Shown here: one piece after another, positions 8,049 to 17,492 of the stretch | Layout: every line of letters begins with the position of its first letter | Numbering within the stretch: the stretch's first letter is position 1 | Source of the DNA: Cyanobacteria bacterium P01_D01_bin.156 | Lineage (GTDB): Bacteria > Cyanobacteriota > Cyanobacteriia > Phormidesmidales > Phormidesmidaceae | Length of the DNA: 35,608 bases | Assembly: GCA_039024555.1 (NCBI GenBank) | Contig: JBCCQQ010000063.1 | Span: forward strand, 1-35,608 | Reading direction: 5' to 3' | Notes under the pieces: model-generated | The model's database searches: none | What the model was told of the DNA's origin: nothing | Seen by the model: the letters and a program-made list of their open reading frames with translations, nothing else | Made by a program: the position numbers and the translations under genes

Positions 8049-8482
8049 GGAAAGAGTTGGTGTTGCGGTTGCGGGCTAAGGGCTTAGCAAAGCTAAGCCC
8101 TTAGCTTGAGGAAAGTCCGGGCTCCTGAAAGGTCAGGCTTGCTGGGTAACGCCCAGTGCGGGTGACCGTGAGGATAGTGCCACAGAAACATACCGCCGAC
8201 GGGAAGGAAGAACGAGCAACGACGAATTTAGATTCTGACTTCTGACTTCTAACTTCTACGGGTAAGGGTGCAAAGGTGCGGTAAGAGCGCACCAGCAGCA
8301 TCGAGAGGTGCTGGCTCGGTAAACCCCGGCCAGGAGCAAGGTCGCAGGGGAGTTGGTTGACCTTTTTCCAGCCCCGCTTTTGGTGTACCGCTAGAGGCAT
8401 CTGGTAACAGCTGTCCCAGATAGATAACCGCCCGTTGATTTCATCAACGAGAACAGAACCCGGCTTATGGCTAACTCTTTCC
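8049..8482 (+). ncRNA. rnpB: RNase P RNA, bacterial type A
   Basis: Universal GAGGAAAGTCCGGGC (8108) and AACAGAACCCGGCTTA (8452). Internal AGTGCCACAGAAA, AGGGTGCAAAGGTGCGGTAAGAGCGCACC and GGTAAACCCC. P1 pairs GGAAAGAGTTGG with CTAACTCTTTCC. Confidence 0.98.
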
Positions 8483-8528
8483 ATTTATTTAGATCAGTGA
8501 GTGGTGCTTGGTGAGTAGCGGACGAGGT

Positions 8529-9269
8529 ATGGACAGTGGTAATTGGGCAAACGTTGAAAACTCCCAGCGGCATCAAGAACTAGTTACATTTGCAGCAAGC
8601 TTGGGACTAGGGAATCAAGAGGCTATACGCTGGGAATTGCTACACCAAGCACTGGTGGATATTTCGCGCTCGGCTGATCACAATAATGAGGTGCTAGAGT
8701 TCTTGGGTGATGCGGCTCTGAGATTGGCGGCAGCGGAGTTTTTGCAAGAAACTCAGGCGCAGATGGCGGTGGGGGAAATGGCCGCTGTGCGATCGCAGCT
8801 AGTTAGTGACCGGACCCTAGCGATTTTGGCCCGCGATTATAAATTTGATCGCTATTTGAAAATTTCTTCAAGTGCCGCTGGGGATCGAGCCGGGCATAGC
8901 TCTCGACTAGCCGATGCCTTTGAAGCTGTGCTAGGAGCTCTGTATCTAAGCACTCGGGACCTGAGTCTGATTCGTCCATGGTTAGACCCCCATTTTGAAC
9001 GATTAACTCACACAATTCAAAACGATCCAGCCCGCCAGAATTACAAAGCGGCCCTGCAAGAACTGACCCAGGCCCACAGTAAACAGCTACCGACTTACGC
9101 GGTCTCAGAAATTAGCCAACACCACGGCGATCCAGAGCGGTTTTATGCTCAGGTGAAATACCAGGGAAAACTGTGGGGAGACGGTAAAGGTCCGTCGATT
9201 AAACAAGCGGAACAGCGTGCTGCCCAGCAGGCCTACCAGCAGTTGGAACCATTACTCGCTCAGGGTTAA
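8529..9269 (+). CDS. rnc: Ribonuclease III
   Basis: Signature NEVLEFLGDA, LADAFEAVLGALYL, dsRBD NYKAALQE...GKGPSIKQAEQRAA. ATG 8529 follows GAGG; the ORF track extends to 8508. Confidence 0.95.
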   Translation: MDSGNWANVENSQRHQELVTFAASLGLGNQEAIRWELLHQALVDISRSADHNNEVLEFLGDAALRLAAAEFLQETQAQMAVGEMAAVRSQLVSDRTLAILARDYKFDRYLKISSSAAGDRAGHSSRLADAFEAVLGALYLSTRDLSLIRPWLDPHFERLTHTIQNDPARQNYKAALQELTQAHSKQLPTYAVSEISQHHGDPERFYAQVKYQGKLWGDGKGPSIKQAEQRAAQQAYQQLEPLLAQG

Positions 9270-9311
9270 GCTTCAGCTGAGATCCCTGGGGCACGGATTT
9301 AGGAAAAAAAA

Positions 9312-10325
9312 ATGGAGCCAGCCACCGGGCAAATTAATTTAGCGTTAATGGGAGTGGGGCGTTGGGGAACCCATTTACTACGCAATTTTTTAGCGCATCC
9401 CCAAATCCAGGTAAAAGCCGTTGTTGATCCACGCCCAGAACAACGGGCGGCTATTGCTGCAAAATTTGGACTCAATGAATCCGTAGCACTGCTTGATCAC
9501 TGGCAGGATGCATTGGAAATCGACGGGTTAACAGCCATAGCAGTAGCCACTCCCGCCACCACCCACCAAGAAATTGTAACTGCGGCGCTTCAAAAACAGC
9601 TCCATGTACTGTGCGAAAAACCGCTGACCTTGACAGCGAAGACATCGGCGGAGCTATGTAAGCTGGCTCAGCAGCAACATCGTCAGCTATTTATTGATCA
9701 CACCTATTTATTCCACCCTGCCGTTAGGGAAGGGCACAAGCATCTGCCTCAGCTAGGCAGCCCCCGCTATGGATATGCTGCTCGCACTAACCTAGGCCCC
9801 ATCCGTTACGATGTCAATGCTCTTTGGGATTTAGCAATCCATGATATTGCCATTTTTAATGACTGGTTAGACAGTACGCCTATCCGGGTACAGGCCCACG
9901 GACTACAGTGGCTACAGCGTTCCCAGTCATCCCTAGCAGATATGGTCTGGTGCCGCCTGCAGTATGCCACTGGGTTTGAAGCCACCATTCATGTTTCCTG
10001 GGCCAATACCCATAAGCAACGACAGGTCGTCACGGTGTGCGATCGCGGAAGTCTTATCTTTGACGAAATGTGTCCCGATTCTCCCCTCACCCTCAAGCTA
10101 GGACACCCCAACCCTGAGACATTTCAACCTCAAAACCTCGAAACACTACCCCTGGCAGTGCCTGATCAAGAACCCCTTGCCACCATGTGTCAGTGCTTTG
10201 TGGATAGCGTTCTCAAAAATTGTCCCTCTCCTATTTCATCAGGCATGATGGGCACCCAACTTGTTGCCATTTTAGAAGCTCTATCTAGTTCCCTCGCCCA
10301 AGGGGGTATTTGGTTAGATGTCTAG
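9312..10325 (+). CDS. Gfo/Idh/MocA family NAD(P)-dependent oxidoreductase
   Basis: GVGRWG, VATP..TH, HVLCEKP, WDLAIHD. Confidence 0.93.
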   Translation: MEPATGQINLALMGVGRWGTHLLRNFLAHPQIQVKAVVDPRPEQRAAIAAKFGLNESVALLDHWQDALEIDGLTAIAVATPATTHQEIVTAALQKQLHVLCEKPLTLTAKTSAELCKLAQQQHRQLFIDHTYLFHPAVREGHKHLPQLGSPRYGYAARTNLGPIRYDVNALWDLAIHDIAIFNDWLDSTPIRVQAHGLQWLQRSQSSLADMVWCRLQYATGFEATIHVSWANTHKQRQVVTVCDRGSLIFDEMCPDSPLTLKLGHPNPETFQPQNLETLPLAVPDQEPLATMCQCFVDSVLKNCPSPISSGMMGTQLVAILEALSSSLAQGGIWLDV

Positions 10326-10418
10326 CCGCTGGGGCTGTTCATTGCCCATGCGAAAAGCCCTGAACCGTAAATCAGCTTAGCCTACGTAAAAGATTCTGAC
10401 TAATAAGCGTTTAACAAT

Positions 10419-10442
10419 CGCCTATGGCTTGAGCTATAGGTG
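10419..10442. terminator. Hairpin between convergent genes
   Basis: CGCCTATGGC-TTGA-GCTATAGGTG with G-U pairs. Confidence 0.4.
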
Positions 10443-10453
10443 CCTCACCATAT

Positions 10454-12436
10454 TTACCCCTCAACTCTCTGAGCCACAAGGACCTGTTTAGTACCTGCAA
10501 TCTGCTCAGGTGTCGCTGTATCTACATCGGGTTTAGCCAACAGTGGCAAGCATAAGGTCACTGCTGTGCCTCGACCTACACCATCACTTTGGAGGCTGAT
10601 GCTACCCCCCATCAGCTTCATAAAATTCTTTGAAATGGCCAGGCCCAAACCAGTTCCTTCATAGCTGCGGGTATGGCTACCATCGACCATCACAAATGGA
10701 TGAAATAGCTTTTGTTGATCCTTAGGATCAATACCAATGCCGGTATCGCAGATCGTTACACTGACCCGAGGAGCAGGAATAGCGGCAGTACCATCATCAC
10801 CTTCCCCTGCTTGCACCACATCCATGGTGGCGGTAATACTCCCTTCATGGGTAAATTTGATGGCGTTGTAAACAATATTAAGCAGTACCTGTTTTAGCTT
10901 GTCAGCGTCTCCCTGTACCCAGGTATTTTGAAATTCTTCAGGACGATGCAGCGTAAGCCCCTTTTGCTGCACCTGCAATGCTTGCATATCGAGCACATCC
11001 CTTACAATCTCCCCCAGATCAACGGTTTCTAGATCCAGGTTGACGGTGCCCGACTCAATTTTGGCAATATCTAAGATGTCATTGATAATTTTCAACAAAT
11101 GGATAGCCGCGTTATCTGCCCGTTCCAAAAATTCCAGCTCTTCTGCCCGGTCATCGCAGGAACCATCGCGCACTAAACGGATACAGCCAATAATAGCGTT
11201 AAGCGGAGTGCGGAGTTCGTGGGAGGTATTAGCCAAGAATTCATTTTTAAGCTGATTAGCCATCTGGGCATTTTCCCACGCTTGACGCAGCTCTTGGGCC
11301 CCCCCCTCTAATCGCCTCAGCATTCGCTCTAGCACCTTACCCAGGTAATCCAACTCCCAAATATTTTGACTGGTGGGAGCAGCTTTGACCTCTGAAGATA
11401 AGTCTTGAACCTGCTGAGTATAGCGGATTAACCGTTCCACAGGTAACGATAGGCTACGAGCCACATAGAGTGCCAGCAGCGCATTTGCCCCCAACAGTCC
11501 CAAGGTCAGTAACAGTAAAATGGAACGAATTTCTCCCAGGGCGTGAAGCGCTTGATCGATGGGAGTGACGGCTAGCACATTCCAGGTTTGGGTCTGTTCC
11601 ATAGAGACCGATAGTCTGGCACCGCTATACCCAGCCAGCCATTCATCCCCCCCCTGCAAAAAACTAAACAGGTGTAACGTATCTGAATTGCCCACTCGAA
11701 TACTGCTGATGATGCTATCAAATCGATCGGCTCCTTGAAGATCGTCTATGGGCTGGCCAATTAATTCCGAATTTGGGTGAGTGACGACAATACCGTTGGG
11801 GTCAATAATCACCGTATTACCGACGAGGGATCTAGGATTGGTATCTTCTAGCTGGGTAAATCCCAACTGTGCTGATAAGGTATAACGCAGAGTCCCATCT
11901 GGCGTGTAGATGGGAGTAGCTACGGTGAGATCTAACAGCGAAGGACGCAGACCCGGCTCAGTGGCGGTTTCGGGTATTACTTCCCGTGGGCTATCTAAAG
12001 CGACCAAATAAAAATCTGGATTACCCACAGGGTCTTGATGCCATGGCAGCTGTAGCGGCGTGGGCAGTAGAGGAGTACTGCAGGTAGTCGAAATAACGGT
12101 GCCAGTTTCTGCTTCGGTTAGTTCTAAACAGCCTACGGTATGAGAGGCAATTCTTGTATAGCGACTCAGGGCTTCAGAAACAGCATTAGCATCACCTGCC
12201 TTCAACGCTTGACTATCGGCTAGCAAGAGCATTTCAGCCTCTACCGCTCTTACCCCCGTCTCTAGACCTATGGCTTTATTAATAGCGCTGCTCGTCAAAT
12301 TTTGCCGTGCTGTCTCTAACAAGCTGCTACGGGCCTTGCGTAGGGTAATCGCCTGGCCCATGAGTAACACTGGTGTACTCAGCAGCAAGATACGCAGTAT
12401 CAATAACCGGCGAAATGAAAGAGGACGCTTAGCCAT
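10454..12436 (-). CDS. Membrane sensor histidine kinase (Cache-like sensor, HAMP-like linker, HisKA, HATPase)
   Basis: Two TM segments. H box EFLANTSHELRTPL, N box KLKQVLLNIVYNAIKFT, G1 DTGIGI, F box LFHPF, G2 GTGLGLAI. Confidence 0.96.
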   Translation of the reverse strand: MAKRPLSFRRLLILRILLLSTPVLLMGQAITLRKARSSLLETARQNLTSSAINKAIGLETGVRAVEAEMLLLADSQALKAGDANAVSEALSRYTRIASHTVGCLELTEAETGTVISTTCSTPLLPTPLQLPWHQDPVGNPDFYLVALDSPREVIPETATEPGLRPSLLDLTVATPIYTPDGTLRYTLSAQLGFTQLEDTNPRSLVGNTVIIDPNGIVVTHPNSELIGQPIDDLQGADRFDSIISSIRVGNSDTLHLFSFLQGGDEWLAGYSGARLSVSMEQTQTWNVLAVTPIDQALHALGEIRSILLLLTLGLLGANALLALYVARSLSLPVERLIRYTQQVQDLSSEVKAAPTSQNIWELDYLGKVLERMLRRLEGGAQELRQAWENAQMANQLKNEFLANTSHELRTPLNAIIGCIRLVRDGSCDDRAEELEFLERADNAAIHLLKIINDILDIAKIESGTVNLDLETVDLGEIVRDVLDMQALQVQQKGLTLHRPEEFQNTWVQGDADKLKQVLLNIVYNAIKFTHEGSITATMDVVQAGEGDDGTAAIPAPRVSVTICDTGIGIDPKDQQKLFHPFVMVDGSHTRSYEGTGLGLAISKNFMKLMGGSISLQSDGVGRGTAVTLCLPLLAKPDVDTATPEQIAGTKQVLVAQRVEG

Positions 12437-12935
12437 AAACTGCTAACAACTTACGAGAACTGTGGTTGATTTCAACAGGAAACGCACAGACGAATAACGA
12501 GACAATGTAGAGAATAACGGACAAACGTGCTTATGGTGCAGTCTAGCTAATTCTTGATGCCAAACACTATTTTGTCTGAGTGGAGAATCGATGTTAAGAC
12601 GTGACTAATTCACGGCGTAACCTTACCTGCAAAATCTCGTTTGACAGCGGGTCGTGTCATCCGACAAATCAGCAACGGCTCAACACACTCTTTTGATGTT
12701 ATCTCCATGGGTAAATCACCTTCACCGATATCTATTATCAAAATGACCTTGTTTTGATCATTATGTAATGACTGATACCGGTGTTAACACCCATCTAGTT
12801 TATCGATTGGTTTGCCCCACTTACCGGTTACACCCCTAAAAGTTGAAACATCACTTACATAGATGAAGCCTTTTCAAAGGTAGCTTAATTGTCTGTAAGC
12901 ACCTATCCGGGGGTGTTTCCTCCTAACTTCAGAAC

Positions 12936-13661
12936 ATGACATCCCTCGAACTTCACACTGGAACAGGTTTCCTATCTCGTCCCTACGTCACCACTGTTTT
13001 GGCAATGAGTGCCGATGGCAAACTTAGCGATAGTTATCGTACAGCCGCCAGGTTCCCATCAATGGCGGATAAACAACATTTAGAACAGTGTCTAGCTACA
13101 GCTGATGCGACTTTATTTGGGGCAGCGACCCTCCGAGCCTATGGCACAACAGCCTTGATAAAGGACGCTGCTCTTTTAGAAAAACGGGGTCAGCAGTCTC
13201 TCCAGCCCATTCATATTGTTTGTTCTTTGTCGGGCCAGTTAGACTCTGCCATGCCCTTTTTTTATCAGCCAGTTGCTCGCTGGTTACTAACCACTAGTAC
13301 AGGCGCTATGCCCTGGCAGGAAAAACAGCCGTTTGAACGGGTATGGATAGCACCTACTCAAAGCACCTTTGGCAAAACGGACGTGCGGTTTGATTGGCCA
13401 GCGATATTTACTGAACTCAAAACCCTGGGTATTCACCGTCTGCTGGTAATGGGCGGTGGTCAGCTTGTGGCAGCCCTGATGGCCCATGATCTGATCGATG
13501 AACTGTGGCTAACGATTTGTCCCTTGGTTATAGGTGGTTCCCAGGCACCTACACCCTGCGATGGTCTGGGGTTCTCGCTCAAGGATGCGCCTCGGTTTTC
13601 TTTGATGGCTCATCACAGCATTGGTGACGAGGTCTTTCTTAACTACCACCGGCAGCGATAG
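12936..13661 (+). CDS. RibD C-terminal (DHFR-like) reductase domain protein
   Basis: RPYVT.VLAMSADGK, ADATLFGAATLR, LLVMGGGQL, DLIDELWLTICPLVIGG; no deaminase domain. Confidence 0.92.
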   Translation: MTSLELHTGTGFLSRPYVTTVLAMSADGKLSDSYRTAARFPSMADKQHLEQCLATADATLFGAATLRAYGTTALIKDAALLEKRGQQSLQPIHIVCSLSGQLDSAMPFFYQPVARWLLTTSTGAMPWQEKQPFERVWIAPTQSTFGKTDVRFDWPAIFTELKTLGIHRLLVMGGGQLVAALMAHDLIDELWLTICPLVIGGSQAPTPCDGLGFSLKDAPRFSLMAHHSIGDEVFLNYHRQR

Positions 13662-13758
13662 AGAAAAACCGTCCCTATTCCCACGTGCCAGTTTAAACGC
13701 GCTACATTACCGTAGTGGACCAATAGGCTAAGTGATGGGCGTAACCACAACTGAGGCA

Positions 13759-14928
13759 ATGACCGACTACTCGCTGCGGTGGGTCAACCGCATGGCAGAT
13801 TTGCCCATTACCGATTGGGATAGTATGGCCCAGCCGCTCAAGACTCCCTTTTTAGAGTGGTTTTGGTTAAATTCTATGGAGACATCTGGTAGCACACAAG
13901 CTCAGACGGGCTGGCTGCCAAACCATTTAACCGTGTGGTGTCAGGATCGGCTGGTGGCGGCAGCACCGCTGTATCTTAAAGGTCATAGTCGTGGCGAGTT
14001 TGTGTTTGACCACCAGTGGGCCGATTTAGCAGAACAGCTAGGCATTGAGTACTATCCCAAAATGCTCGGGATGTCTCCATTTACGCCAGCAGAGGGGTAT
14101 CGGTTTTTAGTTGCCGATGGTGAAGATGAGGCAACTTTAACTCAAGTTATGGTGGCGGCTATTGATCAGTTTTGTTTGCAAAATCAGATCTCTGGCTGCC
14201 ATTTTCTGTACGCAGATCCGGCCTGGCGAGAACAGTTGGAATCCCTAGGCTTCTATCCCTGGCTGCACCACAGCTACATTTGGAAAAATGAAGGCTACAG
14301 CACCTTTGATGACTATCTAGCTCGGTTTAATGCTAATCAGCGACGCAATATTAAACGAGAGCGTAAGTCGATTACAAAAGCGGGACTGCACTTTGAGGTC
14401 CACAGTGGAGAGGGTCTTTCAGATACTCTATGTAATTCGGTATATGACTTCTACAGCGATACCTGCGATAAGTTTGGCTGGTGGGGCAGTAAGTATCTTA
14501 CCCGGCAGTTTTTTCAACAGCTGCATCCGGAATATTGCGATCGCACTGTAGTTTTTGCAGCCTATAGCGACGACAGCAATGACCCGGTAGGCATGTCGTT
14601 TTGTCTAACCAAAGGCGACCGCTTGTACGGTCGCTACTGGGGAGCGTTTGAAGACTACAACCATCTCCACTTCAATGCCTGTTACTACGAGCCCATTGAC
14701 TGGGCCATTGCCAATGGCATTCAGCTATTTGATCCGGGAGCGGGTGGTCGACATAAAAAGAGAAGAGGTTTTCCTGCCGCTCCTAACCATAGTCTGCATA
14801 AGTTTTATCATCCAACCCTAGCCCAGGTTTTAGATAACTACATTGGCCGCATTAATACGGCTGAACAACAGGAAATTGATGCGATTAATGCAGATCTTCC
14901 CCTCAAACCCCTGACAGCTACAGAGTAG
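13759..14928 (+). CDS. FemAB-like GNAT family protein (DUF482)
   Basis: APLYLKGHSRGEFVFDHQWA, YYPK, PFTP..G.R, RRNIKRER, LYGRYWG, LHFNACYY, GAGG.HK..RGF. Start ATG 13759, or 13732/13735. Confidence 0.9.
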   Translation: MTDYSLRWVNRMADLPITDWDSMAQPLKTPFLEWFWLNSMETSGSTQAQTGWLPNHLTVWCQDRLVAAAPLYLKGHSRGEFVFDHQWADLAEQLGIEYYPKMLGMSPFTPAEGYRFLVADGEDEATLTQVMVAAIDQFCLQNQISGCHFLYADPAWREQLESLGFYPWLHHSYIWKNEGYSTFDDYLARFNANQRRNIKRERKSITKAGLHFEVHSGEGLSDTLCNSVYDFYSDTCDKFGWWGSKYLTRQFFQQLHPEYCDRTVVFAAYSDDSNDPVGMSFCLTKGDRLYGRYWGAFEDYNHLHFNACYYEPIDWAIANGIQLFDPGAGGRHKKRRGFPAAPNHSLHKFYHPTLAQVLDNYIGRINTAEQQEIDAINADLPLKPLTATE

Positions 14929-15031
14929 TAAAAGCCTGCACCGCTAGAAAAATCTGATAAAGCAGGAGAACCTTAAAATCCTTGAAGTCACAGGGTAAAA
15001 TGTGTGCTCACTTTATGCGCTTGCGATCGCT

Positions 15032-15439
15032 ATGACCATCAGCCCAAATATCCGCCCTACCGCTGCCGACCTTAAAACTCTAGACGATAAACTCTCCAAA
15101 CGTTTTATCAAGCTAGATCCCGATGGTTACTTTCTCATTTATTTAGATACAGCCCAGGGACTGATCTGTGCAAAGCACTTTACCAACATAATTAATGACA
15201 AGGGTGTGGCCTGCGATCCAGAAACGGGTAAACCTTTAATTGCTAAAAAAGAAGCTCCCCCCCGTCAGGAAACGCGCATTTATCAAGGGCGTACGGCCAA
15301 AGAGCTTTGTATAAAAATTTTCGAAGACAAAAATAATCCCTGCCCCATCAGCTATCCTGACCATGCCGCCTATTTGGGTCGCGAATTTGTCAGAGCCGAA
15401 TTTGCCCTAGTTAATGGTGAGCCATATGTGCAGGATTAA
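15032..15439 (+). CDS. DUF4346 domain protein
   Basis: LDPDGYFLIY, GRTAKEL, DHAAYLGRE..RAE.AL..G..YVQD. ATG 15032 preferred over GTG 15002. Confidence 0.88.
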   Translation: MTISPNIRPTAADLKTLDDKLSKRFIKLDPDGYFLIYLDTAQGLICAKHFTNIINDKGVACDPETGKPLIAKKEAPPRQETRIYQGRTAKELCIKIFEDKNNPCPISYPDHAAYLGREFVRAEFALVNGEPYVQD

Positions 15440-16425
15440 ACCTTGCCCCCAATCACCTCTCTCACTCGGTAAATAGGTCGCTTTTGGGATTCGTGATACG
15501 TGCGCATCATCAGCTCGGCCAACAGACCCACACTCAATAGCTGAATTCCTGAGATAAATAACACCACCGCCAACAACAGTAGGGGACGGTTACCGATATC
15601 TGCATTGAGAATAAATTTGATAAACGCTAGATAAATACTCAACACCAGTCCACTAAATATGGAAATTGCTCCAAATGGACCAAATACATGCATGGGGCGG
15701 GTCAAAAACGTTTTCATAAAGTAGATGGTCAGTAGGTCTAGAGCTACCCGAAATGTGCGTCCTAAACCATATTTACTTTGACCAAACTGTCGAGCATGGT
15801 GACGCACCGGCACCTCACTAATGCGGGCTCCTTCAATGTAGGCCAGGGCTGGTAAAAACCGATGTAGTTCACCATAGAGGTTCATATCTTTAACCACATC
15901 AGCACTGTAGGCTTTGAGAGAACAGCCATAGTCATGGAGCCTAACTCCGGTGACCCGCGCAATCAGCCAGTTAGCAATTTTGGACGGTAACAGTCGCGTC
16001 ACTGCATTATCCTGGCGATGTTTACGCCAGCCACTCACTAGGTCATAGCCTTCATGCAACTTGTGGTAGACCGTAGCGATATCTTCCGGTTCATTTTGTA
16101 AATCCCCATCCAGGGTGACAATCACCTGCCCTCTAGCATAATTAAAGCCCGCCGCCATAGCTGGCGTTTGCCCATAATTGCGTCGCAGTAAAATTACTCG
16201 CAGATCATGGCGATCTTTAGCGACCTCTTTGAGTAAATCCCCAGAACCATCGGTTGAACCGTCATCTACACAAATAAGCTCATAGGGCAATTGCATTGAC
16301 TGAGCGACACGGGTAATTTTCTCCACCAGCAACGGAATACTCTCGTACTCGTTATAAATTGGCACGACCACAGACAGCTCATAAAGACTACCGCACTGGG
16401 AAAATGAGCTAGGAGAAATTGTCAT
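15436..16425 (-). CDS. GT2 glycosyltransferase, ArnC/GtrB/DPM1-like with C-terminal TM helices
   Basis: LSVVVPIYNE, VDDGSTDGS, RNYGQT, TLDGDLQN, HDYGCSLKAY, GELHRFLP. ATG 16425 preferred over 16470. Confidence 0.93.
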   Translation of the reverse strand: MTISPSSFSQCGSLYELSVVVPIYNEYESIPLLVEKITRVAQSMQLPYELICVDDGSTDGSGDLLKEVAKDRHDLRVILLRRNYGQTPAMAAGFNYARGQVIVTLDGDLQNEPEDIATVYHKLHEGYDLVSGWRKHRQDNAVTRLLPSKIANWLIARVTGVRLHDYGCSLKAYSADVVKDMNLYGELHRFLPALAYIEGARISEVPVRHHARQFGQSKYGLGRTFRVALDLLTIYFMKTFLTRPMHVFGPFGAISIFSGLVLSIYLAFIKFILNADIGNRPLLLLAVVLFISGIQLLSVGLLAELMMRTYHESQKRPIYRVREVIGGKV

Positions 16426-16633
16426 GGTCGAGGGCGTAGTTAGCAGGGCAATAATAGTCAAACATATCACCCTGAAACGTTGCTTAATACGACCAATCTT
16501 TTAAGCAGGTCATCACTACAGTAGATCGTAACGTTCATTTTCTGGACTATGATCAACCTGATATGAGATTGACAGGCTATTTCAAACTTGTGAAAGACTC
16601 AATTATTGTTTTGGAATCCAATAATTAGCACGA

Positions 16634-17362
16634 CTATTTTTTCTTCTTTGTCTTGATGTAAATCCCTTTGTCTTTTCTACGCATCTCAAACAAATCAATC
16701 GCCTCGAACATGCTACTAAGCTTGGCATACCCATAGTTACGCGATTCAAAGGAGGCCTGATTAGCAATATGAGCTCCTACTACAGATAACCTAGACCAGC
16801 CATCCTCATCTTGAGTATTAGCAACGGCCCCCCTCAATAGATTCATCAATTTCGTATCTTGTTTCAGCTCTTGAGAGGTTTTACGAACATTTGTGAATGC
16901 TTTTGATGCGTCCACATCAGCGGACTGGTCAATCGTTTCGAGATACAAAAATATTGAACAAGCCGATATAAACGGTGTAGGCGTTTTCTTTTCTCCAAAG
17001 CCATAGACCTTTAAGCCACTGGTTAAAAGTCTCATTACCAGAGGCGTAAAGTCACAATCACTAGAGACCAAAGCAAATGCATCTAGCGATTGGGTATACA
17101 ACAAATCCATAGCATCAATAATCAGAGCAGCATCCGTCGCATTTTTACCTTTAGTGTAGTCAAACTGTTGTACAGGCTGAATCGCATAATCATGTAGGCA
17201 ATTTTCCCATGATTGAAGCGCCGCATTTTTCCAGTTGCCATAGGCTCTACGAATGTTAGCTACTCCGTATTTAGCAATTTCAGCTAAAATCGCATCAATT
17301 TTTGCGGCAGGTGCATTGTCCGCATCAATCAGCAGCGCAATTTTTGATTCTGATTGCCTCAT
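16634..17362 (-). CDS. NYN (PIN-fold) domain protein with C-terminal OST-HTH/LOTUS domain; predicted RNase
   Basis: IALLIDADN, RRAYGNW, GKNATD..LIIDAMDLL, LVSSDCDF; C-terminal EDGWSRLS.VG...F..RNYGYAKLS. Confidence 0.92.
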   Translation of the reverse strand: MRQSESKIALLIDADNAPAAKIDAILAEIAKYGVANIRRAYGNWKNAALQSWENCLHDYAIQPVQQFDYTKGKNATDAALIIDAMDLLYTQSLDAFALVSSDCDFTPLVMRLLTSGLKVYGFGEKKTPTPFISACSIFLYLETIDQSADVDASKAFTNVRKTSQELKQDTKLMNLLRGAVANTQDEDGWSRLSVVGAHIANQASFESRNYGYAKLSSMFEAIDLFEMRRKDKGIYIKTKKKK

Positions 17363-17413
17363 AGCAGACAGATATACAGCTTAGTAACTTACATAAATGT
17401 ATACCCGTCTGCT
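17363..17413 (-). promoter_or_regulatory. 16-bp RNA stem-loop directly 5' of the NYN start codon
   Basis: On the mRNA: AGCAGACGGGUAUACA-(19 nt)-UGUAUAUCUGUCUGCU-AUG, giving 14 Watson-Crick plus 2 G-U pairs. Confidence 0.6.
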
Positions 17414-17492
17414 GACTTGATAATCCCGAAAAAATTAGATTAATTTTTTTGATCAACCATATGCTTCTTGAGACCTCAACCTCAATATGGTT

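Noticed and set aside
8101..8576. Minus-strand ORFs of 127 aa and 61 aa
   Set aside because: Antisense shadows of rnpB.
12765..12778. GTA-N8-TAC (NtcA-like) site in the kinase/ribD spacer
   Set aside because: A 6-bp pattern is expected about once per 4 kb, and there is no TAN3T at the canonical ~22 nt spacing on either strand.
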